From contig JAEEKZ010000007.1 in the NCBI GenBank assembly GCA_016288635.1, positions 12,649 through 76,648 of the forward strand: a DNA stretch of 64,000 bases. Reading direction: 5' to 3'. A program made the translations under genes and the position numbers. This DNA comes from Bacillales bacterium. GTDB lineage: Bacteria > Bacillota_I > Bacilli_A > RF39 > UBA660. Within the stretch, counting starts at the first letter, position 1, and each line of letters opens with the position of its first letter. This document shows positions 56,417-64,000 of this stretch, in pieces. The notes beneath the pieces are model-generated. The model was not told the origin of the DNA and did no database searches. It saw nothing but the letters and a program-made list of their open reading frames with translations.

Positions 56417-57610
56417 TTAGTCATTACTATAGTTTGTGAAATATCTTTGAATTAATACTACTGGAGTTCCTTTATCTCCACTTCCACTAGTTAAATCGCA
56501 TAGACTTCCAATTAAATCTGTATATCTTCTTGGAGTTGTTCCTTGAGAAGCCATAGTTCCTTTTAATGCAGAATCTTTAGATTTAATTTCGTTTATCATG
56601 GCTTGTTTTAATTCATTACCATGTAAATCTTTAAATTTGTTTTCACTAAAGTATTTAAGCTTGATTTCGTTAGGACTTCCCTCTAATCCTTTAGTATATG
56701 CTGGGCTTACTACTGGATCAGCTAATTCCCATATTTTTCCAACTGGATCTTTAAATGCTCCGTCTCCATATACCATTACTTCGATAGTTTTTCCTGTCTT
56801 TTCTTTTAAGATTTTTTGAATTTTATTTACTAATTCGTTACCACTTCTTGGGAACAATTTAACTCTTTCCTCTGTAGAACGGTTACTTCCTAATAAACCA
56901 TATTCAGAGAATCCGCTTCCATCTACACTCTTATTTAGAATATCACTCATCATTAATACATTTGCATTTTTATCTTTAGCAAGTATTTTCTTTTTTGTGT
57001 TTTCTCTAGTGTGAATATCACATACAATTACATCTTTAGTATATTTTAAAATATCTTCAGGATTGTTTGAGAATACCATTTGGCATTCTGCACCTTCTTT
57101 TTTAACGATATCTTTATAAATATCATAGTAATTTACACCAGTAAAGATATGTTTAAAATGACCAAATTTCTTTTTGTAATCTTCATCACTAATTAAATCT
57201 TTTGATGGATTAACATTATATTTTACTAAATCATCTACAAACATAATGTCATTTCCAACTTCATCAGAAGGATAACTTGATAAAATTGTTATCTTCTTTG
57301 TAGATCTAGCCATTGCTGATAATAATACGGCAAATCTATTTCTACTTAAAATTGGAAATACTATACCAATATGATTTGAATTTTTTAATTTGTTTTTAAT
57401 ATCTTTTGCAATTTGATCTAATGTTGCAAAGTTTCCTTCACTAATACCTACAACTGCTTCAGTAATTGCTATTACGTCTTTATTTTCTAATTGAAATTTT
57501 TCACTCTTGCTTGCTTTTAGTACTGAATTAACTACTATGTTAGCAAGATCGTCACCTTCTTTAATGATTGGTGTTCTTATTCCCCTAACGATTGTTCCTA
57601 CGTTTCTCAT
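56417..57610 (-). CDS. CofE-like (F420-0:gamma-glutamyl ligase family) protein, long form
   Basis: N-terminal [17 protein letters not shown]...[14 protein letters not shown] resembles the CofE fold. 397 aa, longer than canonical CofE. Confidence 0.55.
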   Translation of the reverse strand: MRNVGTIVRGIRTPIIKEGDDLANIVVNSVLKASKSEKFQLENKDVIAITEAVVGISEGNFATLDQIAKDIKNKLKNSNHIGIVFPILSRNRFAVLLSAMARSTKKITILSSYPSDEVGNDIMFVDDLVKYNVNPSKDLISDEDYKKKFGHFKHIFTGVNYYDIYKDIVKKEGAECQMVFSNNPEDILKYTKDVIVCDIHTRENTKKKILAKDKNANVLMMSDILNKSVDGSGFSEYGLLGSNRSTEERVKLFPRSGNELVNKIQKILKEKTGKTIEVMVYGDGAFKDPVGKIWELADPVVSPAYTKGLEGSPNEIKLKYFSENKFKDLHGNELKQAMINEIKSKDSALKGTMASQGTTPRRYTDLIGSLCDLTSGSGDKGTPVVLIQRYFTNYSND

Positions 57611-57631
57611 TTTTCACTCTCCTACTTTTTC

Positions 57632-57683
57632 ATTATAGCATTAACTTTTAATTGAGTAAATTGTTTTTATTTTACTCAATTAA
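57632..57683 (-). promoter_or_regulatory. Promoter TTTACT-17-TATAAT overlapped by a 13-bp perfect inverted repeat
   Basis: -10 at 57637-57632 and -35 at 57660-57655. The inverted repeat is TTAATTGAGTAAA (57648-57660), 10 nt, TTTACTCAATTAA (57671-57683). Confidence 0.55.
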
Positions 57684-57694
57684 GATTGTATCAT

Positions 57695-57722
57695 AAAAAA
57701 ATCAAGATACAAATCTTGATTT
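57695..57722 (-). terminator. Intrinsic terminator after the metal ABC permease gene
   Basis: AATCAAGAT-ttgt-ATCTTGATT followed by T7 on the minus strand. Confidence 0.8.
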
Positions 57723-57737
57723 AATCACTTTACATGC

Positions 57738-58559
57738 TTATTTCTTTTTTTGAAAAAGTATGGAATATATATAACTTATTATAAATGCTATTAGGTTTAC
57801 TATAACAATTGTTGCACCTGTTGGTGTTGCTATATAATATGATAATGTTAATCCAGTAGTAAATGTAATAATGGATATAATAACTGATGATATTACTACT
57901 GTTTTAAATTTTTTAAATATATTTATCGATGTAAGTGTTGGGAATATTATTAATGAACTAATTAATAATGATCCAACTAATCTCATTCCTAATACTACAA
58001 TTATTGAACATAATGTTGAAAATATCATGTTATATAGATTTACATTAATACCTATTGATTTTGCAAATGTATCATCGAATGTAATAGCAAATATTTTGTT
58101 ATATGAAATTATATACAATATAATTACAAACAATGATAATATGACGGAAAAAATCATATCGCTTTTATCAAGTGATAAGATGCTTCCAAATAAATAACTA
58201 TTTATATCTATATTTACGCCTTTGATGGAAACTAAGAATGTTCCAATTGCTAGTGATGATGCTGATATTATTGCTATTAGAGAATCTCCTGAAATCTTTG
58301 AATTATTATTTATTTTTAATACTAAAAAAGAAACAATAATAACTAGAGGTATTGAAAATTCAATTGGAGCTATACCTAAGATAGTTGCAAGTGCTACACT
58401 TCCAAAAGCAACGTGTGATAAACCATCACCAATCATTGAATATCTTCTTAAAACAAGTGATACACCTACTAAAGCAGCACATAGTGATATTAATATACCA
58501 ACTATAAATGCTCTTTGCATAAATGTGTACGAAAACATTTCTATAATACTATCTATCAT
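57738..58559 (-). CDS. znuB: Metal ABC transporter permease (ABC-3/ZnuB family)
   Basis: About 8 TM segments with ABC-3-type sequence blocks. Overlaps the upstream ATPase gene. Confidence 0.8.
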   Translation of the reverse strand: MIDSIIEMFSYTFMQRAFIVGILISLCAALVGVSLVLRRYSMIGDGLSHVAFGSVALATILGIAPIEFSIPLVIIVSFLVLKINNNSKISGDSLIAIISASSLAIGTFLVSIKGVNIDINSYLFGSILSLDKSDMIFSVILSLFVIILYIISYNKIFAITFDDTFAKSIGINVNLYNMIFSTLCSIIVVLGMRLVGSLLISSLIIFPTLTSINIFKKFKTVVISSVIISIITFTTGLTLSYYIATPTGATIVIVNLIAFIISYIYSILFQKKK

Positions 58560-59235
58560 GATGAATCACCTTTACATAGTTTTCTACTGTGCCATAATAG
58601 AAGTCATCTTCTTTTATTGATAATAAGTGTTTACCAATTAAATTTGAATGATCTAAATCATGAGTAACCATGATAATAGATATGCAATCTATTTCGTTTA
58701 GTTCTTTTAATATTTCATATAGTTTTTTCCTTGAATTATAATCTAGGTTATTTGATGGTTCATCTAGAATTAATAGTTTAGATGTTGCACATAAAGCTCT
58801 CGCTATAAGTACTTTTTGTCTTTGCCCACCAGATAGATCTGCGAATGATTTATCTTTTAAATTATATATTTTAAGTTTTTTTAATGCGTTATCAGCTTTT
58901 TCTTTTTGTTCATTATTATAAAAAGATAGTAACCCCACACTGTTTAAAGTGCCTGATAGTACTATTTCATATACTGATGCTGGGAAATGCTTACTAACAG
59001 TTGTTTCTTGCGGTATATAGCCAATATTCTTTTGTTTAAGATCATTATACTGAATTTTTCCATTCATTGGTTTAATAAGCCCTAAAATGCCTTTAATAAG
59101 AGTAGATTTACCTGAACCGTTTTCTCCTACTACACATAGAAAGTCATTTTCATATAAATCAAAGCTTAACTTATCTATTATTTTTCTTCCTTCGTATCCT
59201 AATGTAAGATTACTTACTTCAATAAGTTTTTTCAT
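58549..59235 (-). CDS. znuC: Metal ABC transporter ATP-binding protein (ZnuC family)
   Basis: Walker A GENGSGKST, LSGGQRQ, LILDEP. Confidence 0.85.
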   Translation of the reverse strand: MKKLIEVSNLTLGYEGRKIIDKLSFDLYENDFLCVVGENGSGKSTLIKGILGLIKPMNGKIQYNDLKQKNIGYIPQETTVSKHFPASVYEIVLSGTLNSVGLLSFYNNEQKEKADNALKKLKIYNLKDKSFADLSGGQRQKVLIARALCATSKLLILDEPSNNLDYNSRKKLYEILKELNEIDCISIIMVTHDLDHSNLIGKHLLSIKEDDFYYGTVENYVKVIHHDR

Positions 59236-59250
59236 TATATCTCCCCCCTT

Positions 59251-59643
59251 TTAGTTCTCTTTATAACATTTATTACAAGTTCCATCTATAATAATGTTTT
59301 TTGTATTTATATAAAAGTTATGATTATTCTTGACTATATCTATAAATTCATTTATACAATCACAATCTATATGAATCATTTTTCCACATTTATTACATTT
59401 TAAATAAAAATGGTTATCGTGATTACATTCCTCAATATAATGATATATAACTTTTTTATTCTTAGTAAATTTTTTTACTCTTTCTTCTTTAATTAATTCA
59501 TCTAAATATCTATATATAGTTGTTAAGCCTATTTCTTTATTTAATACATTATATATATCATTAATAGCAAAGTCCGAATTATAATTTCTAATAACTTCTA
59601 GTAATCTTTCTTTTTGTTTTGTAGAATAAGTATTTCTTTTCAT
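59251..59643 (-). CDS. Fur-family metalloregulator (Zur/PerR-like)
   Basis: Winged-helix N-terminus, HDNHFYLKCNKCGKMIHI...CNKC Cys pairs. The start was moved to MKRNTYST because the track start lies inside the promoter. Confidence 0.75.
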   Translation of the reverse strand: MKRNTYSTKQKERLLEVIRNYNSDFAINDIYNVLNKEIGLTTIYRYLDELIKEERVKKFTKNKKVIYHYIEECNHDNHFYLKCNKCGKMIHIDCDCINEFIDIVKNNHNFYINTKNIIIDGTCNKCYKEN

Positions 59644-59662
59644 ATAAATACCCCTTTCAATT

Positions 59663-59677
59663 TGAAAATCTTTTTCA
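59663..59677. promoter_or_regulatory. Fur-family-type 7-1-7 box TGAAAAAGATTTTCA
   Basis: Near-palindrome between the -10 and the RBS of the Fur-family gene. Compare the classical TGATAATnATTATCA box. Confidence 0.45.
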
Positions 59678-59683
59678 CATTCG

Positions 59684-59712
59684 ATATTATTACTTTTGCT
59701 CTTTTTTGTCAA
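59684..59712 (-). promoter_or_regulatory. sigmaA-type promoter TTGACA-17-TAATAT
   Basis: On the minus strand, -35 at 59712-59707 and -10 at 59689-59684. Confidence 0.6.
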
Positions 59713-59713
59713 T

Positions 59714-59740
59714 AAAAAACTAAGATATTTAAATCTTAGT
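59714..59740 (-). terminator. Intrinsic terminator of the 177-aa gene
   Basis: ACTAAGAT-ttaaat-ATCTTAGT followed by T6 on the minus strand. Confidence 0.75.
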
Positions 59741-60274
59741 CTATTTCTTTCTTCTTTTAAATATTGTTCTTATTCTTTGACCAAATCTTACTTTTCTTTG
59801 ATACTCTTCATCTTGTTGTTGATCGTCTAATGCAAGATAATCTAAAGAAATTCTGACAGATACAGCCTCATCAAATAAACCATTATTTAGTAGTTCTTGT
59901 TCTGTGGATTCAAAGAATTCTCTAAAAGCTAGAATTTGTTCTGGAGATAATTTACATGCTGGAATTGCTACTCGTATGTGTGTAACAGGTTGTACATGTA
60001 CGTTGCAAGAAACTTCATCTACTCCTTCTGAATTACATGACTTTAATGCGTTACAATTCCAAAAGATGTAATTATCTCTTGAATTAGCGTCTCCGTCACA
60101 TAATTGTATACCAATTTCACTTTTTCCGTTTATCATTCTAGAATAAACAAGACACTTTCCCATTGGATTTAAATCCATTGTTTCAAAAAAACTTGGAACT
60201 ATATCGAATACTTTTGTTAAATCGATGCATTCACAAATTCCATCACTGTTTATTTTTTGAAAATTGCTTCCCAT
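59741..60274 (-). CDS. Hypothetical Cys-containing protein with basic C-terminal tail (177 aa)
   Basis: GGGGGAGG RBS. No family recognised. The tail is RKVRFGQRIRTIFKRRKK. Confidence 0.55.
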   Translation of the reverse strand: MGSNFQKINSDGICECIDLTKVFDIVPSFFETMDLNPMGKCLVYSRMINGKSEIGIQLCDGDANSRDNYIFWNCNALKSCNSEGVDEVSCNVHVQPVTHIRVAIPACKLSPEQILAFREFFESTEQELLNNGLFDEAVSVRISLDYLALDDQQQDEEYQRKVRFGQRIRTIFKRRKK

Positions 60275-60406
60275 TTTTTATTCCTCCCCCTGTTTTTATT
60301 TTTTTATAAATAAGTGGAAACTTGAATACCAATATTAATTACTAGTTTGGGGAACATTATATATTATAAGCTACACCCTCTCAACTAATCAAGGTACTAA
60401 GTTTCC
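60275..60406 (-). promoter_or_regulatory. Structured 5' leader, class unknown
   Basis: A closing helix UGGAAACUU...AAGUUUCCA spans about 100 nt. An internal UUCCCC is complementary to the GGGGGAGG SD, and a competing GAGGG is also present. Confidence 0.4.
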
Positions 60407-60412
60407 AACTGT

Positions 60413-60441
60413 AATATACCATAATTTGCGTATATTTACAA
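60413..60441 (-). promoter_or_regulatory. sigmaA-type promoter TTGTAA-17-TATATT (TGn)
   Basis: On the minus strand, -35 at 60441-60436 and -10 at 60418-60413. Confidence 0.55.
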
Positions 60442-60446
60442 TATTT

Positions 60447-60641
60447 TTATGATCTTTCTATTCTAATATAATTATTTAAATCTACTCCTAATTTTTCTGC
60501 TTCAATAATTAATTCTTCATTTGAAGCAATTTTTATATCTTCAACTGTTAATGCTGCAGCACCATAGCCTGCAACATGAAAACCTCCTTCATAGAAATTC
60601 ATTAAATCCTGTCTTAATCCTTCATAATCAATATTGTCCAT
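60447..60641 (-). CDS. Small hypothetical protein (64 aa)
   Basis: ORF directly downstream of the GGGtGRT gene. No family recognised. Confidence 0.45.
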   Translation of the reverse strand: MDNIDYEGLRQDLMNFYEGGFHVAGYGAAALTVEDIKIASNEELIIEAEKLGVDLNNYIRIERS

Positions 60642-60710
60642 AATTTCTCCTTCAATAAAAATATAGGATTTATTATAACATAAAAAAGATTAAACGGAAG
60701 AGTTTAATCT

Positions 60711-61715
60711 TTATTTATTCATAGCTTCTTGAACTGCTACACTAACTGCAACTGTTGCACCAACCATTGGGTTATTACCCATTCCAATTAGTCCCATCAT
60801 TTCTACATGTGCTGGAACTGATGAAGAACCGGCAAATTGAGCATCACTATGCATTCTTCCCATAGTATCTGTCATACCATATGAAGCTGGTCCTGCAGCC
60901 ATATTATCTGGATGTAATGTTCTTCCTGTTCCACCACCGGATGCAACTGAGAAGAATTTCTTTCCTGCTTCAAATCTTTCTTTCTTATATGTACCCATGA
61001 CTGGATGTTGGAATCTAGTTGGGTTTGTAGAGTTACCAGTGATTGCAACATCTACATCTTCATGCCACATGATTGCAACACCTTCTCTAACATCATCTGC
61101 ACCATAGCATTTAACTTTAGATCTTTCTCCAGTTGAGTATGGTATTTCTTCGACAATTTCTAATTTACCTGTAAAATAATCAAATTGAGTTCTTACATAA
61201 GTAAATCCATTTATTCTTGAAATGATTTGTGCAGCATCTTTTCCTAATCCGTTAAGAATAACTCTTAAAGGATTCTTTCTAACTTTATTTGCTGATGTTG
61301 CAATACCAATTGCACCTTCTGCAGCAGCAAAACTTTCATGTCCTGCAGTAAATGCAAAACATTTTGTGTCTTCTGATAAAAGCATAGCTCCTAGATTTCC
61401 GTGTCCTAATCCCACTTTACGATCATCCGCAACTGAACCTGGAATACAAAATGCTTGTAATCCTTCTCCAATTGCTGTTGCAGCATCACTAGCTTTTGTA
61501 CATCCTTTTTTTATTGCTATTGCAGCGCCTAATGTATAAGCCCAAGCTGCATTATCAAAACAAATTGATTGAATACCTTTAGTAATTTCAAATGGATTAA
61601 ATCCTTTATCAGTACAAATCTTTAATGCATCATCAAAATCTTTAATTCCATATTTATCCATTACTGGCTTAATTTGATCTATTCTTCTTTCATAATTTTC
61701 AAAAGTAACTGCCAT
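60711..61715 (-). CDS. GGGtGRT-family protein (function unknown)
   Basis: Contains the eponymous SVASGGGTGRTLHP motif. 334 aa, which matches my recollection of the family size. Confidence 0.75.
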   Translation of the reverse strand: MAVTFENYERRIDQIKPVMDKYGIKDFDDALKICTDKGFNPFEITKGIQSICFDNAAWAYTLGAAIAIKKGCTKASDAATAIGEGLQAFCIPGSVADDRKVGLGHGNLGAMLLSEDTKCFAFTAGHESFAAAEGAIGIATSANKVRKNPLRVILNGLGKDAAQIISRINGFTYVRTQFDYFTGKLEIVEEIPYSTGERSKVKCYGADDVREGVAIMWHEDVDVAITGNSTNPTRFQHPVMGTYKKERFEAGKKFFSVASGGGTGRTLHPDNMAAGPASYGMTDTMGRMHSDAQFAGSSSVPAHVEMMGLIGMGNNPMVGATVAVSVAVQEAMNK

Positions 61716-61718
61716 AAT

Positions 61719-62411
61719 CTATTCCTCTCTTGGATCTATATATTTAACAGCTTCATCGTATCTTCCGAATGTTCCTGTTGCTTTTTCAATAGCTTCTTTT
61801 GGATCCATTCCTTTCTTAATATTTTCCATCATTTTTCCTGTATGAACATATTTGAAACCAATTATTTGATTATCTTTATCTAATGCTTGTTCTAGGATAT
61901 ATCCTTGAGTTAATTCTAGGTATCTAGGTCCTTTAACTGTTGTACTATAAATAGTACCAATTTGACTAGTTTTACCTTTTCCTAAGTCTTCCATACCTGA
62001 ACCAATTGGTAATCCGTCTTCTGAGAAAGCAGTTTGTGTTCTACCATAAACAATTTGTAAGAATAATTCTCTCATTGCAACATTAATTGCATCACATACT
62101 AAGTCAGTATTTAATGCTTCTAATAATGTTTTTCCTGGTAGTATTTCTCCAGCCATTGCGGCACTATGAGTCATACCAGAGCATCCAATTGTTTCCACTA
62201 ATGCTTCTTGAATGATTCCATCTTTTACATTTAATGTTAGCTTGCATGCACCTTGTTGAGGAGCGCACCAGCCAATTCCGTGAGTTAAACCAGAAATATC
62301 TTTTATTTCTTTGGCATTAACCCATTTTCCTTCTTCAGGAATTGGAGCAGATTTATGATCTACACCTTTTTTTACAATACACATATCTTCTAATTCTTTT
62401 GTATATTTCAT
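61719..62411 (-). CDS. NifU/IscU-like scaffold-domain protein with C-terminal extension
   Basis: GACKLTLNVKDGIIQEALVETIGCSGMTHSAAMAGEILPGKTLLEAL follows the IscU pattern (C...GC...C), with about 100 extra C-terminal residues. Confidence 0.65.
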   Translation of the reverse strand: MKYTKELEDMCIVKKGVDHKSAPIPEEGKWVNAKEIKDISGLTHGIGWCAPQQGACKLTLNVKDGIIQEALVETIGCSGMTHSAAMAGEILPGKTLLEALNTDLVCDAINVAMRELFLQIVYGRTQTAFSEDGLPIGSGMEDLGKGKTSQIGTIYSTTVKGPRYLELTQGYILEQALDKDNQIIGFKYVHTGKMMENIKKGMDPKEAIEKATGTFGRYDEAVKYIDPREE

Positions 62412-62458
62412 TTAAATCGTCCTTTCTGAAAATGTATATTTTCTTTATGATTAATATT

Positions 62459-62514
62459 TATTTGCAAATATTATCACCTTATTAAATTATAACATATTAT
62501 TATTTTCTTGTTAA
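62459..62514 (-). promoter_or_regulatory. Promoter TTAACA-17-TATAAT plus 12-bp palindrome TATTTGCAAATA in the leader
   Basis: -35 at 62514-62509, -10 at 62491-62486, and the perfect palindrome at 62459-62470. Confidence 0.5.
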
Positions 62515-62543
62515 TTTTTTATGAAATAATTTATTCTATTGCA

Positions 62544-62570
62544 TAAAAAAATATAGATATTAATCTATAT
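62544..62570 (-). terminator. Intrinsic terminator of the surface-protein gene
   Basis: ATATAGAT-atta-ATCTATAT hairpin followed by T7 on the minus strand. Confidence 0.7.
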
Positions 62571-64000
62571 CTTTTTTATAATTTTCTTTTTTTGTGAAAT
62601 GTATGCTATAGCCCACGCAATTGTTATTATCGTTATTCCCACCATTATTGATAGTTGTATTCCAGTTTTTGGATTATCTATTGGCTTTTCAGTTTCTGTT
62701 TGATTCTCATCTGGTACCGTATTTTCTGGTTGAGTCGTTACAGTTTGATTTTCTTCATTTTCTTCTGCTAATGCATAAGTACTGAAGTGATTTGTTTTAA
62801 ACGTAGCATATCCATTTTCTTTTACAACTTCAAATTGTTCTGGCGCTTCGTTATTTTCTTGAATATAAAATACTTTTAATTTTTTATCTTTTAACGATGT
62901 TGGAATTGGTATTCTAATTGAAAATTCTCCATTATCTAATTTTGCTATATTTGTTTCTTTATTTTTTGAGTATAGACTAATGTTGAAAGCTATATAATTA
63001 TCTGTTTTAACTATTTCTTTTATTGTATCATTGCTAATTGCTTCAACATTTACTTTTGTATCTAATGGTATGGATGAATCATTACTTTGAATTGTTATGT
63101 CATTTTCTAAATTTGATCCTATATAAACAGGTTGTTTTAATTTTGAATCATCTGCTTTTACAACATAAAATTTGTAAGATCTATTTGCTATTGTTATATT
63201 GTAATAATTCCCATCTGTATTATAAGTATCTACTGGGTCATATAGCAAATCTTCGTCAAGGTTTGATATTAAACCTCCGTATGATACGGTTACATTCGTA
63301 TTATTTCCAAAATATTCATTAAGTCTTTTTTGAACTGCAGTAATATATGCTTCTCTTGTATTATCTGTGTTTTCTGGAATATATATTACATTTTTTGCAT
63401 ATAATGCAGCTGTTGAAGTTGCATATACATAATCCATATATTTTATTATAACAAATCCGTCTGCATAAAAGCCCAAACCTTCAAGATTTGCATCCCCTTC
63501 CATTGGAAGAAAAACATATGAAAAATTTGCGCCTTTTACTATATTATTTATTGTAGAAAATTTAATTGCTATACTAGCATCGTTCCATTTATCTTCTACT
63601 TTAACTGTTGAATAATAATTTAGAATTGATAAATCTTCTAATCTATACCATTCTTCTTTGTTTTCTGGGGGCACCATTGTATGTGGTAAATTAGATATTA
63701 GATTATTAACTATTCCTTGTGTTTCGCTTGATGGTTCGTCAAATTCTGCTGTAAAATCATGATCTTCGCTTGTGATATATGTCTCGCTGCAATCATCTGT
63801 AATCTTTTTGCAATAAATTCTCATTTTGCATGATGCGATTTTTTTATTATCTTCACAGTATGCAGTTGCTTCATATTTGTCACTATTTATCATTTCGTTT
63901 ATTAATACTGTTGTAATTGATTCGCTATCAATTCCGTCTTTAGGTACAATTGATTTTAAAACAACTTTTCCGTTGCTTGGAATGATTTTACTATAGAGCT
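62565..64000 (-). CDS. Cell-wall-anchored surface protein, NPKTG sorting signal (N-terminus outside window)
   Basis: I checked codon by codon that the frame stays open upstream of the track ATG (63893) to the window edge. The C-terminus is NPKTG, then a TM, then KKKIIKKI. Confidence 0.75.
   Translation of the reverse strand, partial: LYSKIIPSNGKVVLKSIVPKDGIDSESITTVLINEMINSDKYEATAYCEDNKKIASCKMRIYCKKITDDCSETYITSEDHDFTAEFDEPSSETQGIVNNLISNLPHTMVPPENKEEWYRLEDLSILNYYSTVKVEDKWNDASIAIKFSTINNIVKGANFSYVFLPMEGDANLEGLGFYADGFVIIKYMDYVYATSTAALYAKNVIYIPENTDNTREAYITAVQKRLNEYFGNNTNVTVSYGGLISNLDEDLLYDPVDTYNTDGNYYNITIANRSYKFYVVKADDSKLKQPVYIGSNLENDITIQSNDSSIPLDTKVNVEAISNDTIKEIVKTDNYIAFNISLYSKNKETNIAKLDNGEFSIRIPIPTSLKDKKLKVFYIQENNEAPEQFEVVKENGYATFKTNHFSTYALAEENEENQTVTTQPENTVPDENQTETEKPIDNPKTGIQLSIMVGITIITIAWAIAYISQKKKIIKKI

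Noticed and set aside
270-63322. Many antisense or alternate-frame track ORFs of 60-160 aa inside long genes (for example 270-557, 3922-4134, 4473-4751, 23656-24015, 24681-25079, 31300-31782, 32765-33112, 37496-37957, 44971-45384, 47380-47724, 55465-55917, 57871-58620, 61222-61539, 63038-63322)
   Set aside because: Each is nested in, and opposite to or out of frame with, a CDS that has clear family motifs. They lack RBS sequences and have Ser/Ile/Phe/Leu-rich compositions, as expected from reading AT-rich coding DNA in the wrong frame.
1-64000. CRISPR arrays, tRNA/rRNA genes, IS elements and known defence-system genes
   Set aside because: I saw no short regularly spaced direct repeats, no T-loop (GGTTCGAATCC-like) or rRNA signatures in intergenic DNA, and no transposase, integrase-plus-att, restriction, Cas, abortive-infection or reverse-transcriptase-like ORFs. 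Absence is judged by eye only. tRNAscan, Infernal and defence-system HMM scans would be the proper check.

Overview
This is a very AT-rich, densely coding chromosomal segment of a low-GC Gram-positive (Bacillota-type) bacterium. That placement rests on sigmaA-type TTGACA/TATAAT promoters, a T-box leader and classical Firmicute synteny; no finer taxonomic call can be made from the sequence alone. Most of the window is housekeeping: asnS (partial), tcdA, ireB-ruvX-DUF1292-mltG-trmR-U32-U32-greA, uvrC, relA-dtd, a Xer-type recombinase, mnmA, an ABC-F ATPase, map, dnaG-rpoD-trmK, T-box-controlled aspS, rarA-gpsA, miaA, tmcAL, rimP-nusA-ylxR-(dCMP deaminase)-infB-rbfA-truB, htrA, and a Fur-family regulator with ZnuCB-type metal ABC genes. 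I recognised no rRNA, tRNA, CRISPR array, IS element or prophage gene. Several things are not explained by ordinary annotation. (1) My top candidate is a ~1.5 kb ORF-free stretch (53.9-55.4 kb) made of three head-to-tail copies of a ~450-500 bp module. On the minus strand each copy has its own TTTACA-17-TAYAAT promoter, about 320 nt of transcribed sequence and an intrinsic terminator. Compensatory base changes occur between copies in at least three helices, so this looks like a family of paralogous structured sRNAs that I cannot assign to any RNA class I know. (2) A five-gene envelope operon (30.8-37.0 kb) encodes a cofactor-motif-degenerate RnfC-like/RnfD-like pair without rnfGEAB. It also encodes an 825-aa membrane-anchored, Cys-rich protein with two Cys/His peptidase-like domains and two SH3b-like repeats, plus two paralogous lipoproteins that carry a C-terminal TM anchor. 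(3) A NifU/IscU-like plus GGGtGRT-family gene pair has its own promoter and a palindromic operator. (4) Structured leaders of unknown class precede tcdA and a 177-aa orphan gene. (5) A 0.84 kb non-coding region (20.8-21.6 kb) holds GC-rich hairpins and two palindromes that share the half-site CCTTAT. (6) A pilC-pilD pair stands alone, with no ATPase or pilin gene in the window. All coordinates, motifs and pairings were read by eye from the sequence. No database search or folding program was run.
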